Source: Lingula anatina (Eukaryota > Animalia > Brachiopoda). From it: DNA of 64,000 nt. The stretch spans positions 21,890,848 through 21,954,847 of the forward strand of contig CM120643.1 in NCBI GenBank assembly GCA_051362555.1, given 5' to 3'. The notes beneath the pieces are model-generated. The model made no database searches. It saw nothing but the letters and a program-made list of their open reading frames with translations, and was not told the origin of the DNA. Shown piece by piece: positions 28,770 to 41,900 of this stretch; the first letter of the stretch is position 1; the number at the start of each line of letters is the position of its first letter. A program made the translations under genes and the position numbers.

Positions 28770-29307
28770 TTCTCAAGTATCAGGGTCAGGAGACACTGCA
28801 GGCACACCACCAGTGTGGAACCTGCTCACTGTGGTCATAATAGCCAGTGGTGTAGCTGCTGTAACATTTGCCATGTTGACATGCATCATCTGCATCACAC
28901 ATCGCAGGGATCGTAAAGTCATCATCACCAGTCTCAAAGATGGCGCCTCAGTGTGCACTAAGTCCACCAGTGACTTGAGCGATTATGGAGAGACATATGA
29001 TCTTCGGGAAATGCGGCTATATAGGAATAGGATGACCAATTCTCAGCCAGATCTACTTCCCATGGAGTTAATATGCGCCTGGAATCCACATGATATTCCT
29101 GGAACCAGTACGACTAGTATCCCTCGCAGCAGTACTGCTCCAGAACGGTCGCCAGGTGGCACTGATTACAACCCAAGCCTGTCCCACAGGGAAATGTGGG
29201 AACAGCCAGTGGGGGTTCACAGAGGGGGGAGACGCCTCAGGACTTTTAGGCCCAAGAGCGGGGACCTATCTGTGACATTTAATGATGAAAAAAAGAGTTC
29301 ATTTTGA
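3519..29307 (+). CDS. LRP-like type I membrane protein (SP - YWTD propeller - EGF - YWTD propeller - EGF - YWTD propeller - mucin - sushi - basic linker - ephrin-receptor-like Cys repeat - TM - tail)
   Basis: Phase-compatible GT-AG exons: 3519-3612 (signal peptide MKTILLEVISILSLLCEGVSG), 4297-4385, 9880-10015 (LFWSD), 13803-13974 (VYWTD), 14844-14972 (IYWGD), 15484-15614 (LYWVD), 16325-16477, 17674-17808 (EGF), 19478-19620, 20044-20152 (VYWSD), 20353-20539, 21102-21345 (LYYTDWG), 21715-21892, 22188-22328 (EGF), 22621-22792, 23153-23827, 24320-24519 (IYWTE), 24759-24962 (FFTDW), 25235-25615 (S/T-rich), 25964-26155 (sushi-like), 26315-27032, 27405-27595, 28202-28366 (CPRGSF...C..C.PGTYQ...QTTC..CP.G), 28769-29307 (TM LLTVVIIASGVAAVTFAMLTCIICI and tail). 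Confidence 0.85.
4031..4083 (+). repeat. Poly(A) run of ~53 nt in intron 1 of the receptor gene
   Basis: Uninterrupted A tract seen directly. Confidence 0.9.
10160..10385 (+). repeat. Degenerate ~21-bp minisatellite (TGAATTGTTG[C/G]ATGTGACA[G/T])
   Basis: About ten tandem imperfect units. They account for the spurious minus-strand ORFs 9832-10278 and 10154-10345. Confidence 0.8.
10527..10744. mobile_element. MITE (~218 bp), possibly PIF/Harbinger-type
   Basis: TIR GACTGCATTCCCACA...TGTGGGAATGCAGTC flanked by ATA on both sides. A related copy in opposite orientation lies at 61778-61992. Confidence 0.75.
10928..10978 (+). repeat. (ATATA)n microsatellite
   Basis: Seen directly. Confidence 0.9.
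16622..16866. mobile_element. Fold-back MITE, PIF/Harbinger (Tourist)-like, 245 bp
   Basis: Nearly the whole element is a palindrome (GGCTTCGTTCACATGCAATGTC...GACATTGCATGTGAACGAAGCC), with TTA target-site duplication at 16619-16621 and 16867-16869. Confidence 0.88.
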
Positions 29308-31286
29308 TGACAGAGGAATTAGTAGCTTAACTTTTAATTTATTGACTATGAAAGATATTAAGTAGATGTTAATGATGGTGACTTACATCTTTATAATTTG
29401 GAGATGAAATGTGTATTTGTGATTGTTAAATGGAAGATAAATTATCCTTCATGGTCAGTGATCATGTTCTCCCTTTACAATAAGTTTGTAAATTTTGTAT
29501 CAAAATACTATATAGTCATTATGTATTTAATGCATATATTTAGTATTGATGAAATTTTTATTTACATTTTAATCATAGCAGGTCTTGTTGGCTATATTTT
29601 TTAATATTAATCAGGCCAGTTTACCCGTTTTCATTGTCTAATTTTTTTCTTTAATAGTTTGTACTGCAGTAACTGTGCTATTTTTTAAAGAAAAAAAATG
29701 ATGTCATGGAAGATTGCAGGCAGTAGAGTTATATGTTAAAATAATCCATTTAATTTGCTCAAAGCATTCTGTGTAAAATAACTTTTTAAAATAAAATACA
29801 TCAGCTATTACTGAAACCCAAAGACTGCAATGTAGTTTGTTGTCAGACCACTATAGAAAACTGACAAAGTTGTAATGTAGAAGTCGCCTTTCAGTGAATC
29901 CTTTTCAAATACAAAGGACTCTCAAGTGTAAAAGTGCAATGCCTTATAGATGTTTAGATGGTCATTTATATATTCTGAGAATGCCATTATGTATCAATTT
30001 CTCTTGTTATGAATGACACAAAAATAATTTTATTCATTATAATATCCAACTTTAAATGGTGTTTTAGCAATTATAATTGCTACCTCTATCATAAACAGTT
30101 ATGTCATGACTAGCTTAGTTCACCCTGAAACCTCTAGAGGGCAGACAATCTCATCAAACTGCCATGGGAAATGTGTCATCTTCAGCAAAATAATCGATTT
30201 TTTTGTATAGGTACACATTTATATTGAACTCTTTATGCTCAAGATGCATGTAGCTTTCTTCAGCTGGCATAAACAACATTATATACCAAAAAGTTAGACA
30301 AGCATGAGTAATAGTCAGAAATCTACATGCAAAACTGCCGGTGCTATACTACAAGTGGTACACTGCATATGTATTAGAGTGTGAGATGTTACATTTTAAA
30401 TGCATGTACGCGATAGACAATTACATATCTGAAATTGAAAGAAACTCAAAATCAATCTGATTTCGTTTGAAAATGGTATTTTGACAGTGTGCCACATTGT
30501 TATTTTTGATTTGTTACAAATGTTTTATGATACACAAGTTATACTGTCCTTGTAATATAATGCATTTTCTCCTTTTTTATTTTTTTTTTTCACTGATTCC
30601 TTTTGTTTTAATACTTTTTCATTAAATATTTTGCTTATTATTTATGCTTTATTTCATTTATTTTCTATTGCGTATGCACTCTAGAATTTTACCATGTGCA
30701 TTTTATAAGTTTCTGTTCATTTTATAAGTATCTGTTATATAGCAATAAATATATAAACTGATTATGTTAAAAGAAAATTTTTGTTCCCTCTGCTGACAGT
30801 TTTGCCGAGGATCACATGTACTGATCAGCTGGAATATTCTTCGTTGATTCTGTTTTGGCACGTAACTAACTTCATTAGGTTATATCTTACACGTATGCCT
30901 AGACACCGTGGAAGTCTGTTAGTTGATTATGGTTAATCCTCAAGCGTAAACATAACTTCAAATGTCTTATTTGGCTTGTCACACCTTAAAGCTATCGTTT
31001 TTACACATTGCTGTAAAGTGCCAGCAGATTCAGTTTCCTGTATTCATGCAACGCACTCTTTTTACATTATGACACCGATGTTAGGAACCTGAGGGTCCGT
31101 GTAACATGATAAATAAGTAAATGAAAGCTGAAAACATATGGTAAACAACATAATAAAAACACTACCACAGCAGCTGGATCTCTATCTGTAACCCTGAACT
31201 ACTTCAGTGTGTAAGCCAATTCATTTAATACAAGGAAACGTGGTTAACTTGCAAACATTTGCTTCCAGTGGTACACGAGTAACAGG

Positions 31287-34200
31287 ATGGGAGAATCCGT
31301 AAGGACGACTGACGGGACAGGTAAATTTTGTTTGTTAAAAGTGATAATGATCTGTCACTATAGAGATTAAAGATATTTCATTTTAGTCTCACCCATATAA
31401 AAATAAATACAAAATTAGAAGCAGTAAAATATGGCTGTTCTATATAGAACGGTGAGAGACTGAATATCCCTTGAAATGTACGTTATATAGCATTATTTAT
31501 AGATAAAGCGTCTCCTTAATTCTTAGATCGGCAGCAACTCTTGGCAACTAAATTAACCATGTTATCATTACTAATCATAAATACAAATGTTCTGATCATT
31601 TAAAAGGTCAAAATTGTTTAAACTTCTAGCAATTTAAAAAAGTTCAACACGTTTATCAGTAAAAAATGACAGTTACACGTAAGTGGGAGGTGGACATAAA
31701 GGGCAGGTTCTTCCCACAATAGCTTTTCATATCAAGCCGTTTTTATTCGAAGTGGGGCAACCCCACACGTCATCTTAGCAAGTAACCTTCGTAATGTATG
31801 TGTGTGTGTGTGTGTGTGTGTGCGTGTGTTGGTTTGTGTGTGCGTGTGTGTGTGATCGAGAGAGAGAGGGGGGAGATGGAAATTGTAGGGTCGCCTGTGT
31901 CTTTGAACATGCTTGCTTGTATGTTGTGATTTTGCTGTGCAGTTAAGTTTACAAGTTAAGTTTCCATGCATGATAATATGTTTACTAGTAAATGTGTCTT
32001 ACTAAGAGGCATGCATTCGAAATTTTAGGCTATCAGTATACAGATAACTTTTACGTTACTGACGAAGTGAAAGAACAGTTTGACACGGATGGTTTCATTA
32101 TATTGCGGTAAGGCAGTAAACTGTTTCGAAACCTTACCCTCTTGTTTGCATGATTAACAAGTTATCGTAAATGAAAGTTGAAATATCTATCCAATATCAG
32201 CACCCCCTGTAGACTTTTTGCTAGTAAATATTGGCATCTAACACTTGATATTTAAAATTACATTTAATATAATTTAAACCGAGTTTATTAACACACATAT
32301 TTGATATTTTTTTATATTTGTTAAAATCAGAATGTAATCTTTCATATATATCCGGTAAAGTGAAGACTGATAAAATTCAATAAGGACAGATGACGCCATC
32401 ACCAAACATAATATTGTATGTATCGACCGATTATGTAATCACCGAAATTTTTACCAATCACGGAAAAAGAAAAAGACCCATTTGCGTCTGATCTTGGAAG
32501 ACATTGACATTCAGACAGCACTTGAACCTTTTTCCAACCCTCTAATGTCTTTGCGTTCAGGAATTTTTTGGACACCGAAGAGGTGACTAACTTGAGAACA
32601 GCCCTGGAGCAAGACAAGACCCTGGAGGACAATTACTATACCAGGGACGACGGGGAGGGAAATCAGGCCAAAATGGCAAACTGGAATCACCCTGTGGATG
32701 ACATAACCGGGATGATAGGGAGGAGTGATAAAGCTGCCGGTACCATGGAAAAGGTAGCTACAGTACATGTAGGCCTCATAGTCTTTATCGACTGTCGTTC
32801 ATTTTTCCTCGAATTTTTCACGATTTCACTGCACAAATTGTTTTACCTAATACTAGGCCTTATTCTCTACATTTTTTGAAGGGAAAATCACAAAATGTGT
32901 TATTCTATTAATCTTATTTAGACTGCCAGGCTTCAGTATTCAGTTAAGATGCTGAGATTATCTATCTCTGTGGAAATTTGGCGTCCATTTTAAGCCTATA
33001 AATTAAATTTTGTATCTTAAGTAAGCAAACAAATTAAAAAAATCCAAACTTTGATTCCAGCTTTTAGGGGGAGAGGTATATCAATATCACGCCAAAGTCG
33101 TCATGAAAGAACCGTTCACAGGGGGTGCATTTGTGTGGCACCAGGATTACGGGTAAAATTTTACTGGACCCTTTTTGTCATTATTTTGATATTATTTTGA
33201 TATACCATGTGTCATCGCACATTGTACAAACCTGTAAGCTGCCAAGGTTAAAATTTGAATAGCGTGCAGCCAGTATAGAATAAAGCTGTCTGGTAACGAC
33301 CTTTACGCACTGCATCACTCGCATTCGCATTACCATTACAAAGAGGAGGCTGCGTACATTTTTCAAAGAAAGCAAAGATGAGACTGCAAGCTAGTTCTCT
33401 CTGGTTATGCATTTTGACCATTGATTTTAGCATTAGCGCCATGATGTTTATGCACAAGCTGTTGAGTCTACATTTTAAGTTTCAGTTAAAAACAGTTCCA
33501 TTTAGTCAATATGATGCCATAACAAAATTTAGAAAAGGCATTTGTTGTTAGATGAGTTTCTAATCACGATATCAAGAAAATATTCTCATATTTTCTTGAT
33601 ATTGGTGGTTATTTACTGCCCGCCCTGCTAATTGCTATTTTCAGTGTTTGGTACCATTACGGCAATCTGTTTCCAAACATGGGCACAGTGTGGATTGCTG
33701 TGGACAGAGCAGACAGAACAAATGGGTGTCTACAGGTAATGAAACACGACTTGTATGTACATGTAGATATCATTAATATTCACAGAATCCATCAAGGTGA
33801 ATGCTGATGCCAATGTTCAATTCTATACAAAGAATGATTCAAAAGCATGAAATATTGATGTATCTGCAGTCCGTAAAGGAAGCAAAGGTTACTCCTACTT
33901 TTGGTAAAAATTTAGAACAATGGTGTAAAGTAACAACATTTATATTGCATATTCATTTCCCGTTCATATTTTGGTGACACCACCAGCTTTTCCAGTTTTT
34001 TTCCTATAAAGAATGTGCAAGTGACATCCGCTAACTTCATACACGCAAAGACAAGTACCTTTCAAACCTATTTCTACATGTCCGCCACTGTATAAATTAG
34101 ACCAAAGAGACTATATTTTATCACCACATCCTTTATATACGTGCAGATACTAATTGGCTCCCATCAAGCTGGGCGACTGGAGCACGTGAAAGTCGGTGAA

Positions 34201-35107
34201 CAAGCAAGGGCTGACCCGGAACGCGTAGAACTCCTTGCCAAAACCTGCCCCTTGACCTACGTCCAGCTTGACCCTGGAGACGCTGTGATATTTCATTGTA
34301 ATCTAGTCCATCGAAGTGACCAGAATCACAGCCAGAACCGGCGCTGGGCTTACCTTGTTTGCTATAACCGTGCATCCAATGACCCAGTGTATAAACATCA
34401 CTATCCCAACTACACGCCCCTGATAAAGGTAGGCATAATACAGTCCATTATTTTCATAATTACATTCATAAATACATAATATTTTTTATCATTTTTATAT
34501 TTGTTTGTTAAATTTGCATAATACACCACATTTCAAATGGAACTTAGCCGAATAGACCCTTGGCGTCCATTTTACTAGTACTATCACCTCTTTAACATTC
34601 ATGTGACCTTTATATTGTTTTGTATATTGCATTACCTTTATGGATTAATTTTATTGCCTGCCCTTCTTTTTTAGCTGACAATAACGAAATATTTGGTCGA
34701 TTTCAAATAAGCCAGTAGTCATCACATTGGCAAAATATGAAAGCCCCTTTCTCCATTTATTTCTGTAGGCATTTTCACTCCACTAAACTACTATTTCTTT
34801 CAAAAAAAAAAAAAAATGACGTGACATGCAAGGGGTCTATTTATGAAATATTAGCGATTGACGTGCCGCTTTATTTTATAATAACATATCGTTCCTTTCT
34901 TATTTCAAGGTGCCGAATAGCAAAATAAAGGGATGTGACACTAAAACATCCTACGAAGGAAAGAATTTTTTCAAGGACCCTCCAATATCCCGGTGTGAAA
35001 GGAATGCATGTCCCACCGGAACGGATGTCCGGAGAACCTCCGTTCCTGGGGAAATATGTCCTATGGACGTGCGTTCCCTCGGACGTGCTGTCCTACCCGG
35101 ACCTTGA
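31287..35107 (+). CDS. PhyH-family Fe(II)/2-oxoglutarate dioxygenase (ectoine/proline hydroxylase-like), copy 1; last exon interrupted by a MITE
   Basis: Exons 31287-31320, 32029-32107, 32561-32753, 33061-33152 ([17 protein letters not shown]), 33645-33735 (TVWIAVD...NGCLQ), 34147-34428 (GSH...[27 protein letters not shown]), 34910-35107. The HxD...H iron triad and the 2OG-binding Arg are present. Confidence 0.88.
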
Positions 35108-35160
35108 TTCCCAGCTGTATTAATACGCAGCTAGGACGTGTTCCTGTCGGACATAATCGG

Positions 35161-35241
<81 letters not shown>

Positions 35242-35648
35242 CTAAATCTAATATTAATTTGTAGTCATTTTTTCGTTTATTTAAAGTATCTTAAGTTAGC
35301 CGAATAAAGGATGTATTGGGGTACATGTATACAAATAATTATAAGAAACGTAATAACATTCTTAAACATCTCGTTTAAGTGTTCTAAAATTAACACTTCA
35401 TCCAAATGAAAATGTCAGAAGATATCTGTTACTAGTCTAGCTGGGAAAATATGTCCAACTAGGACATCGATACCTGTCTGCAGGACTTGGAATACTAAGT
35501 AATGGATGTCCACTGGACTTTAAATCCCAGGAAATTATGTCCTAGGACATGCGTTCCTAGAAATGGAATACCCTGGACATGCATTCCCAGGACCTAGGAA
35601 TACATGTTCTACGGACATGCATTACGGCGGACATCCATTCCCTTCACA
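34994..35648. mobile_element. Non-autonomous Ginger1-like DNA transposon (655 bp) with internal (TA)n
   Basis: TGTGAA...TTCACA termini, imperfect TIRs, and CCGG duplicated at 34990-34993 and 35649-35652. The empty site ATCCCGGCCTTCTAA is present in paralogous copy 3 near 55490. Confidence 0.8.
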
Positions 35649-36220
35649 CCGGCCTTCTAAATTAAAATGCAAAATTACAGTCCCAGCAATAAAATTATTT
35701 TGCAACACACAACTAGCGCACCCTACGGCCACAGAGTAACATGCAATTCTTTACACATATATATAGTATTTTAGCTGAGCACCACATTAATTTTTTGTTA
35801 CAATTATTTTATGATTGGAGAGGAATACACTATAGCTGTAGCCCTTGTGATATTATGCTCTTTTCCTTTAATTTTTTCAATCAATTTCTTTTAATACTTT
35901 AAATTCCATTTAATATTTTGCTTCTAATTTAAGCTTCATTTGGGCGAATGTCTATTGCTTATGCACTATAGCAAGTTACGTTGTACGTACTATATGTTTA
36001 TTTCTTGCAATATCAGTATAAGAGCAATAAATACACGAATTGATTGTGTGTAAAGAAATGTGTTTTTCCCTCTTCTTTCAAATCCTTTTCTGGTATTACA
36101 TGTGCATAAATTGGACAACTGGAATATCCTCTGTTGACGTACAAAACTGACTTTTCTTTCATTTGATTAGACAACTTACTCAGAATTACCAAGGGAGTTA
36201 AAATTCAATGTTTAGTTTAT

Positions 36221-38100
36221 TGTGGGAACAGCTAGTGGGGGTTCACAGAGGGGGGGGACGCCCCAGGACTTTTAGACCCAAGGGTGGGACATTTAATGAC
36301 GAAAAATAGAGTTCATTTTGATGGCAGAGGAATTAGTAGCTTTACTTTTAATTCATTAAATATGAAAGATATTAAGTTAGTAGATATTAAGATGGTGACT
36401 GACATCTTTAAAATTGAGAGATGAAATGTGTATTTGTTACTGTTATTTTAAAGGAAGATAACCCCTCCTTCATGGTCACTGATCATGTTCTCCCTATACA
36501 GTAAGTTTGTAAATTTTGTATCACACTGCTTTATAATTGTTTAAAAGGACTTGATACATATTTAGTATTGATGAAATTTCTATTTACATTTTAATCATAG
36601 CAAGTCTTGTTGTATGTGTTTGCTTAATATTAAACAGGCCAGTATATCTGTTTTCATTGTCTTAAATCTTTCCTATTTTTATAGCTTGTATTAGAGTAAC
36701 TGTACTATTTTTTTTTCAGAAAAAAGAAAATGCTGCCATAGAAGGTTCCAGGCAGTAGAGTGATATGTTAAAATAATCCATTAAATTTGCTCAAAGCACT
36801 ATATGTAAAACATTTTTTAAATATAATGCACGAGCTATTATTGAAACCCAAAGACTGCAATGTAGTTCGTTGTCAAACCATTATAAAAAGTGAAAAAGTT
36901 ATAATGTAGTAGGCACCTTTCAGTCAGTCCCTTTTAAACACAAAAGACTTGAAGTGTGAAAGTGCAATGCCTTATAGATGTATAGATGGTCATTTATATA
37001 TTCTGAGAATGCCATTATGTATAAATTTCTCTTGTTATGAATGACACAAAAATAATTTTATTCATTATAATATTCAACTTTAAATGGTGTTTTAGCAATT
37101 ACGATTGCTACCTCTAGCATAAACAGTTATGCCATGACTAGCTTAGTTCACCCTGAAACCTCTATAAGGCAGAACATCTCATCAAACTGCCATGGGAAAT
37201 GTGTCATCTTCAGCAAAATAATCGATTTTTTTTTTGTATATGTACACATTTATATTGAACTCTTTATGCTCAAGATGCATGTAGCTTTCTTCAGCTGGCA
37301 TTTAACAACGAAATATTCCAAAAATGTAGACAAGCATGAGTAATAGTCATAAATCTACATGCAAAACAGCCAGTGCTACACTACAAGTGGTACACTGCAC
37401 ATGTATTCGGGTGTGAGATGTTACATTTTAAATACATGAACGCGATAGACAATTACATATCTGAAAATGAATGAATGAAAATGATATTTTAGCAGTGTGC
37501 CACTTTATTGTTTTTGTTTTATTATAACTTTTTATAATGTACGCAAGTTACACTATCCTTGTGATATAATGCTCTTTCCCATTTTTTAATTTTTTCACTA
37601 ATTCCTTTTGCTTTAATACCTTCCTCATTAAATATTTTTCTTATTATTTAAGCTTTATTTTATTTTATTTTGATTTTTCTATTGGGTAAGCACTCTATAA
37701 TGCTACCATGTGCGTATTTTAAGTTTATTCCTTGGAGTACTTCTGTTATATAGCAATAAATACATAAATTGATTATGTTAAAAGAAAATATTTTTGTTCC
37801 CATTGCTAAAAAAGTGTTGCCGAGGATCGCGTACTGAGCAGCTGGAATATTCTTCGTTGATTCTGTGTTTTGGCACAGAACTGACCTCATTTGATTGGAT
37901 CGCACACGTATGTCTAGTCATCATGTCAGTCTGTTATAGTTTATTATGATTAATCGTCAAGTGTAAAAACATAATTTTCAATGTCTTATTTGGCTTGTCA
38001 CACTGTAAAGGTGCCGTTTTTACACATGGATCTAAAATACCAGCAGATTCAGTTGCCTGTTTTGCAACATTTTATTTTTTATCTTATTGTATTCATTCAA
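36221..38100 (+). repeat. Duplicated 3' end of the receptor gene (end of last exon plus 3' flank) ahead of dioxygenase copy 2
   Basis: TGTGGGAACAGCTAGTGGGGGTTCACAGAGG... matches 29195 onward and stays colinear with 29195-31100. Confidence 0.88.
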
Positions 38101-38314
38101 CGCACTCTTTTTAGGATGACACCGATGATAGGAAACTGAGGGCCCGTGTAAAATGAAAAACAAGTAAATGTCAATTGAAAATATATTGTAAACAACATGA
38201 TAAAAACACTACCACAACAGCTAGATCTCCATCCGTAACCTTTAACTATGTCAGTTTGTAGCCAAGTCATTGTATACAAAGAAACGTCGTAAACTTGCAC
38301 AGACCAGTAACAGG

Positions 38315-38886
38315 ATGGGAGAATCCGTAAGGACGACTGACGGGACAGGTAAATTGTGTTTTTAAGTGATAATGATTTGTCAGTATAAAGATTAACAATA
38401 TTTTTTTTTAGTCTCACCCATATAAAAGGAAAAACAAAATTAAAAGCAGTAAAATATGGCAGTTCTATATAGAACGATGAGAGACTGAATATCCCTTGAA
38501 ATATACGTTAGAGCATTATTTATAGATAAAATCTCTCCTTAATTCTTAAATCGGCATCAACTCTTGGCAACTAAATTAACCATGTTATCTTTACTAATCA
38601 TAAACAAAAAGTTGTTCTGATCATTTAAAAGATCAAAATTGTTAAAACGTCTAGCAATTTCTAAAAAATTCAACACGTTTATCAGTAAAAAATGACAGTT
38701 ACGTACAAGGTGGTCTTTGTCCTTAATACGCCCAGATTCACATTAAGGGCAGGTTCTTTCCACAATAGCTTTTCATACCAAGCCGTTTTTATTCGACGTG
38801 GGGCAACCCCACACATCATCTTAGCAAGTAACCTTCGTAATGTGTGTGTGTGTTGTTTGCGTGCGTGTGTTGGTTTGTGTGCGTGC

Positions 38887-38924
<38 letters not shown>

Positions 38925-41900
38925 GGAGAGAGAAACTGTAGGGTCTCCTGTGTCTCTGAACATGCTTGCTTGTGTGTTGTGATTTTGCTGTGAAGTTAAG
39001 TGTACAATTTGTTGTTATTTCCATGCATGATGTTATGTTTACTAGTAAATGTGTCTTACTAAGAGGCATGCATTCAACATTTTAGGCTATCAGTATACAG
39101 ATAACTTTGACGTTACTGAAAAAGTGAAAGAGCAGTATGACAGGGATGGTTTCATTATATTGCGGTAAGGCAGTAAACAGTTTAGAAACTTTACCCTGTT
39201 GCTTGCATGATTAACAAGTTTCCTAAATGATAGTCGAAATAACTATCCAAAACCAGCAACACCCCCTGCAGACCTTTTATGCTAGTGAATATTCGCATCG
39301 AACACTCGATATTTAAAATTACATTTTATCTAATTTAAACCGAGTTTATTAACACACATACGCGTTGAGTGTTATTATTTGATAAATACAGAATGTGATC
39401 TTACATATATATCCGGTAATGTAAAGTCTGATAAAATTTAATAAGGACAGATGGCGCTATCACCAAACATGATATTGTATGCATCGACCGATGACATAAT
39501 CGCCGAGATTTTTTTACCAGTCACGAAAAAAAGACACATTTGCGTCTGATCTTGGAAGACATTAGTAGTTAGGAATGTGGTTTTCGACCTGCAAATTGAG
39601 AGGCGTTATATACTTTTTAATGTAATTTTTTTGGATGAACCTTGAACATTTTGAGGCGCAGTCTTAGTAAGCTGCTATTTTTAGCCACTGACTGGGTCCG
39701 ATGTACAATTCTTGCTAAACGTAGCAAGAGCTGTACACAGGAGCTGTTTTTTAACTATTTACTCTGATTGGAATTTTAATGACGACCATTTTATTATATA
39801 AAACTTGTTGATATTATAATTTCATCTCGGACCTTTGTAAGCGAATTTAAATGACGATTATAAAAACTTGAAAACCCAAAGCAATGTTTACGAATTATTT
39901 ATTAATGCACTAGATACATTTACATAACATATCAATTGTTTTTCGTTGAACTATTAAGAATACTTTATTTTAAGACACTAGATATCTAAGGGTTCAGTGG
40001 ACACACCGTCTTCTAACACTTTTCTTTTACAATAGAAATAACTAAAGGCATCTCTGCGTTGAACGTAGGAATACATCGTGTTGTTGAATAAACGTATCCC
40101 CCTATTTATACCACTGCCGCTTTGTTTATTTAAAAGTACATCTAAATACTTTTGTTCATTTATAACATTGGAATTTCTATTTGCAGCTAAATTTCGATTT
40201 GGTGTCTTCCCCAAAACAGTAGTAGGTTTTACTACACAGGCCAACGATACCGTCACCAACCCACTCGGCTTTGAACAACCCGGGCGTCCGTTTGTCGTAC
40301 GCCTCGTGCTCTGGGGTATCAGTACGCGGAAACCACAGATGTTTCTCGGCTTCGTACTGCGCTCTCATGTAAGGTTTTACTACGTCTTCTAAGCTTTCAG
40401 CCGAAAAGGCGATGTAAGCGGAATCCGTGTCCATTTCGCAGTATTGGAAATCGGACGGATCCACGAATTTTTGCATGAAGTCGTAGTAAAACTCCAACAT
40501 GCGTAGCTTGGCGTACTGATACACCATCACGCCTATGTGTAGAGGAAGGTCTAATTTGATGATTTTTTTGTTTAGCTCGACCTCATACACGTTTTCTGTA
40601 ATTCGATCTAAACGTCGAAAACGGTGACTGTTGACTTTACGAGAGGCTGTTGCCTCACCGCAATACTCGGTGTCGCGGTGCCTTTCTTTGTTGGTCACCG
40701 TTTTCCCGTAGCCCGAGTTGCCAATGAGCTTCATGGTGTCGGCGACGATGGCTTTGGTCTTGTCTCTGTCTCCCTCCCTGCGAGCGTCACTCACGGCGTT
40801 TCCGAAATGCTCGAAACAGGCTTTCGGGGTGTACTCGATTACCTGGTGGATGCGCGTCACGCAAAGACCGTGTTCCAAGTACCATTTCAAAAGCGGGGTC
40901 GCCAAAACGATTTTTTTCTCCGAATAAACTCCCGATCAACGAACGTCTCGGGACACTCATAATGTTATTTTCCTCGGCAAAGTTTTTCATGTAAGGACCG
41001 ATGTCGTCGCGAGAAATAGTCGTGTTTTTGAAAACGGGTGGCATTTCGGAGAATTTGTGTCTGAGGTTGGACGGGACCTCTATGTCGCACTCGACGAATC
41101 CAAACAGTTTGTCCCCGAGGACGGCGTCTAGGATCTCGTCGAACGTGAGCCGATACCTATGCTCCGTGGGGAGCGTGTACCGCTTTCTGAAAGTTTTCAC
41201 TTCATCGCTTTTGCTATGAAGTTTTTTTCCAATCGCACTCCCACATTTCGACGAGGTCGTAGCCGCACTCCCGAATGTACTCGCTATTAATTTCAGTTTC
41301 GATGCGTAAAGATTCCATAGTGACCTTTTTCGTATCGTTTATTTCCCTGTAGGTGCCATCTTTGTTTCGGTTCAAATGACACCGATGACCGTGGAAATAA
41401 CACCCATGGTACTGATACACTGTCTGCGTTTCTCGACAAAACCCATCCACCGGTAGCCGACGGCACCCGACGCGCTTTTCTGTACCGTTGAACTGATGCC
41501 GGATTTTCTGACCTGTGGAGTGTGCAACCCAGTCCAACCACATCGTTGCCTCGCGTCCTCGCGGGTGAGAATATTCGCGCGTATAGTCGGACTCTTCGCG
41601 TCTGCGGATAAACGTGCCCGTTGGCATAGGTTGCATGAGGCACCACAGGTATAGCGCGTTGGCGTCGTACCCAACGATCTTTTTGCACAGCTTGGGCGCT
41701 TCAGAATTCGCCTTTCTAAGAAAGGTCACATTCTTCTCGTGATAGCGGTGGAAGATGATGCTGGGACCGCCCACGATGGCGTTTTTCAGAAGATAGTAAA
41801 GATCGCTGTGCTTATCGTCGAAAAGGGTAAAAAATGCGTCACCTACATTTTGAAAGAGGTACTTCAACGTTAAACCCGGCACGCTGATACCGTCTTTAAA

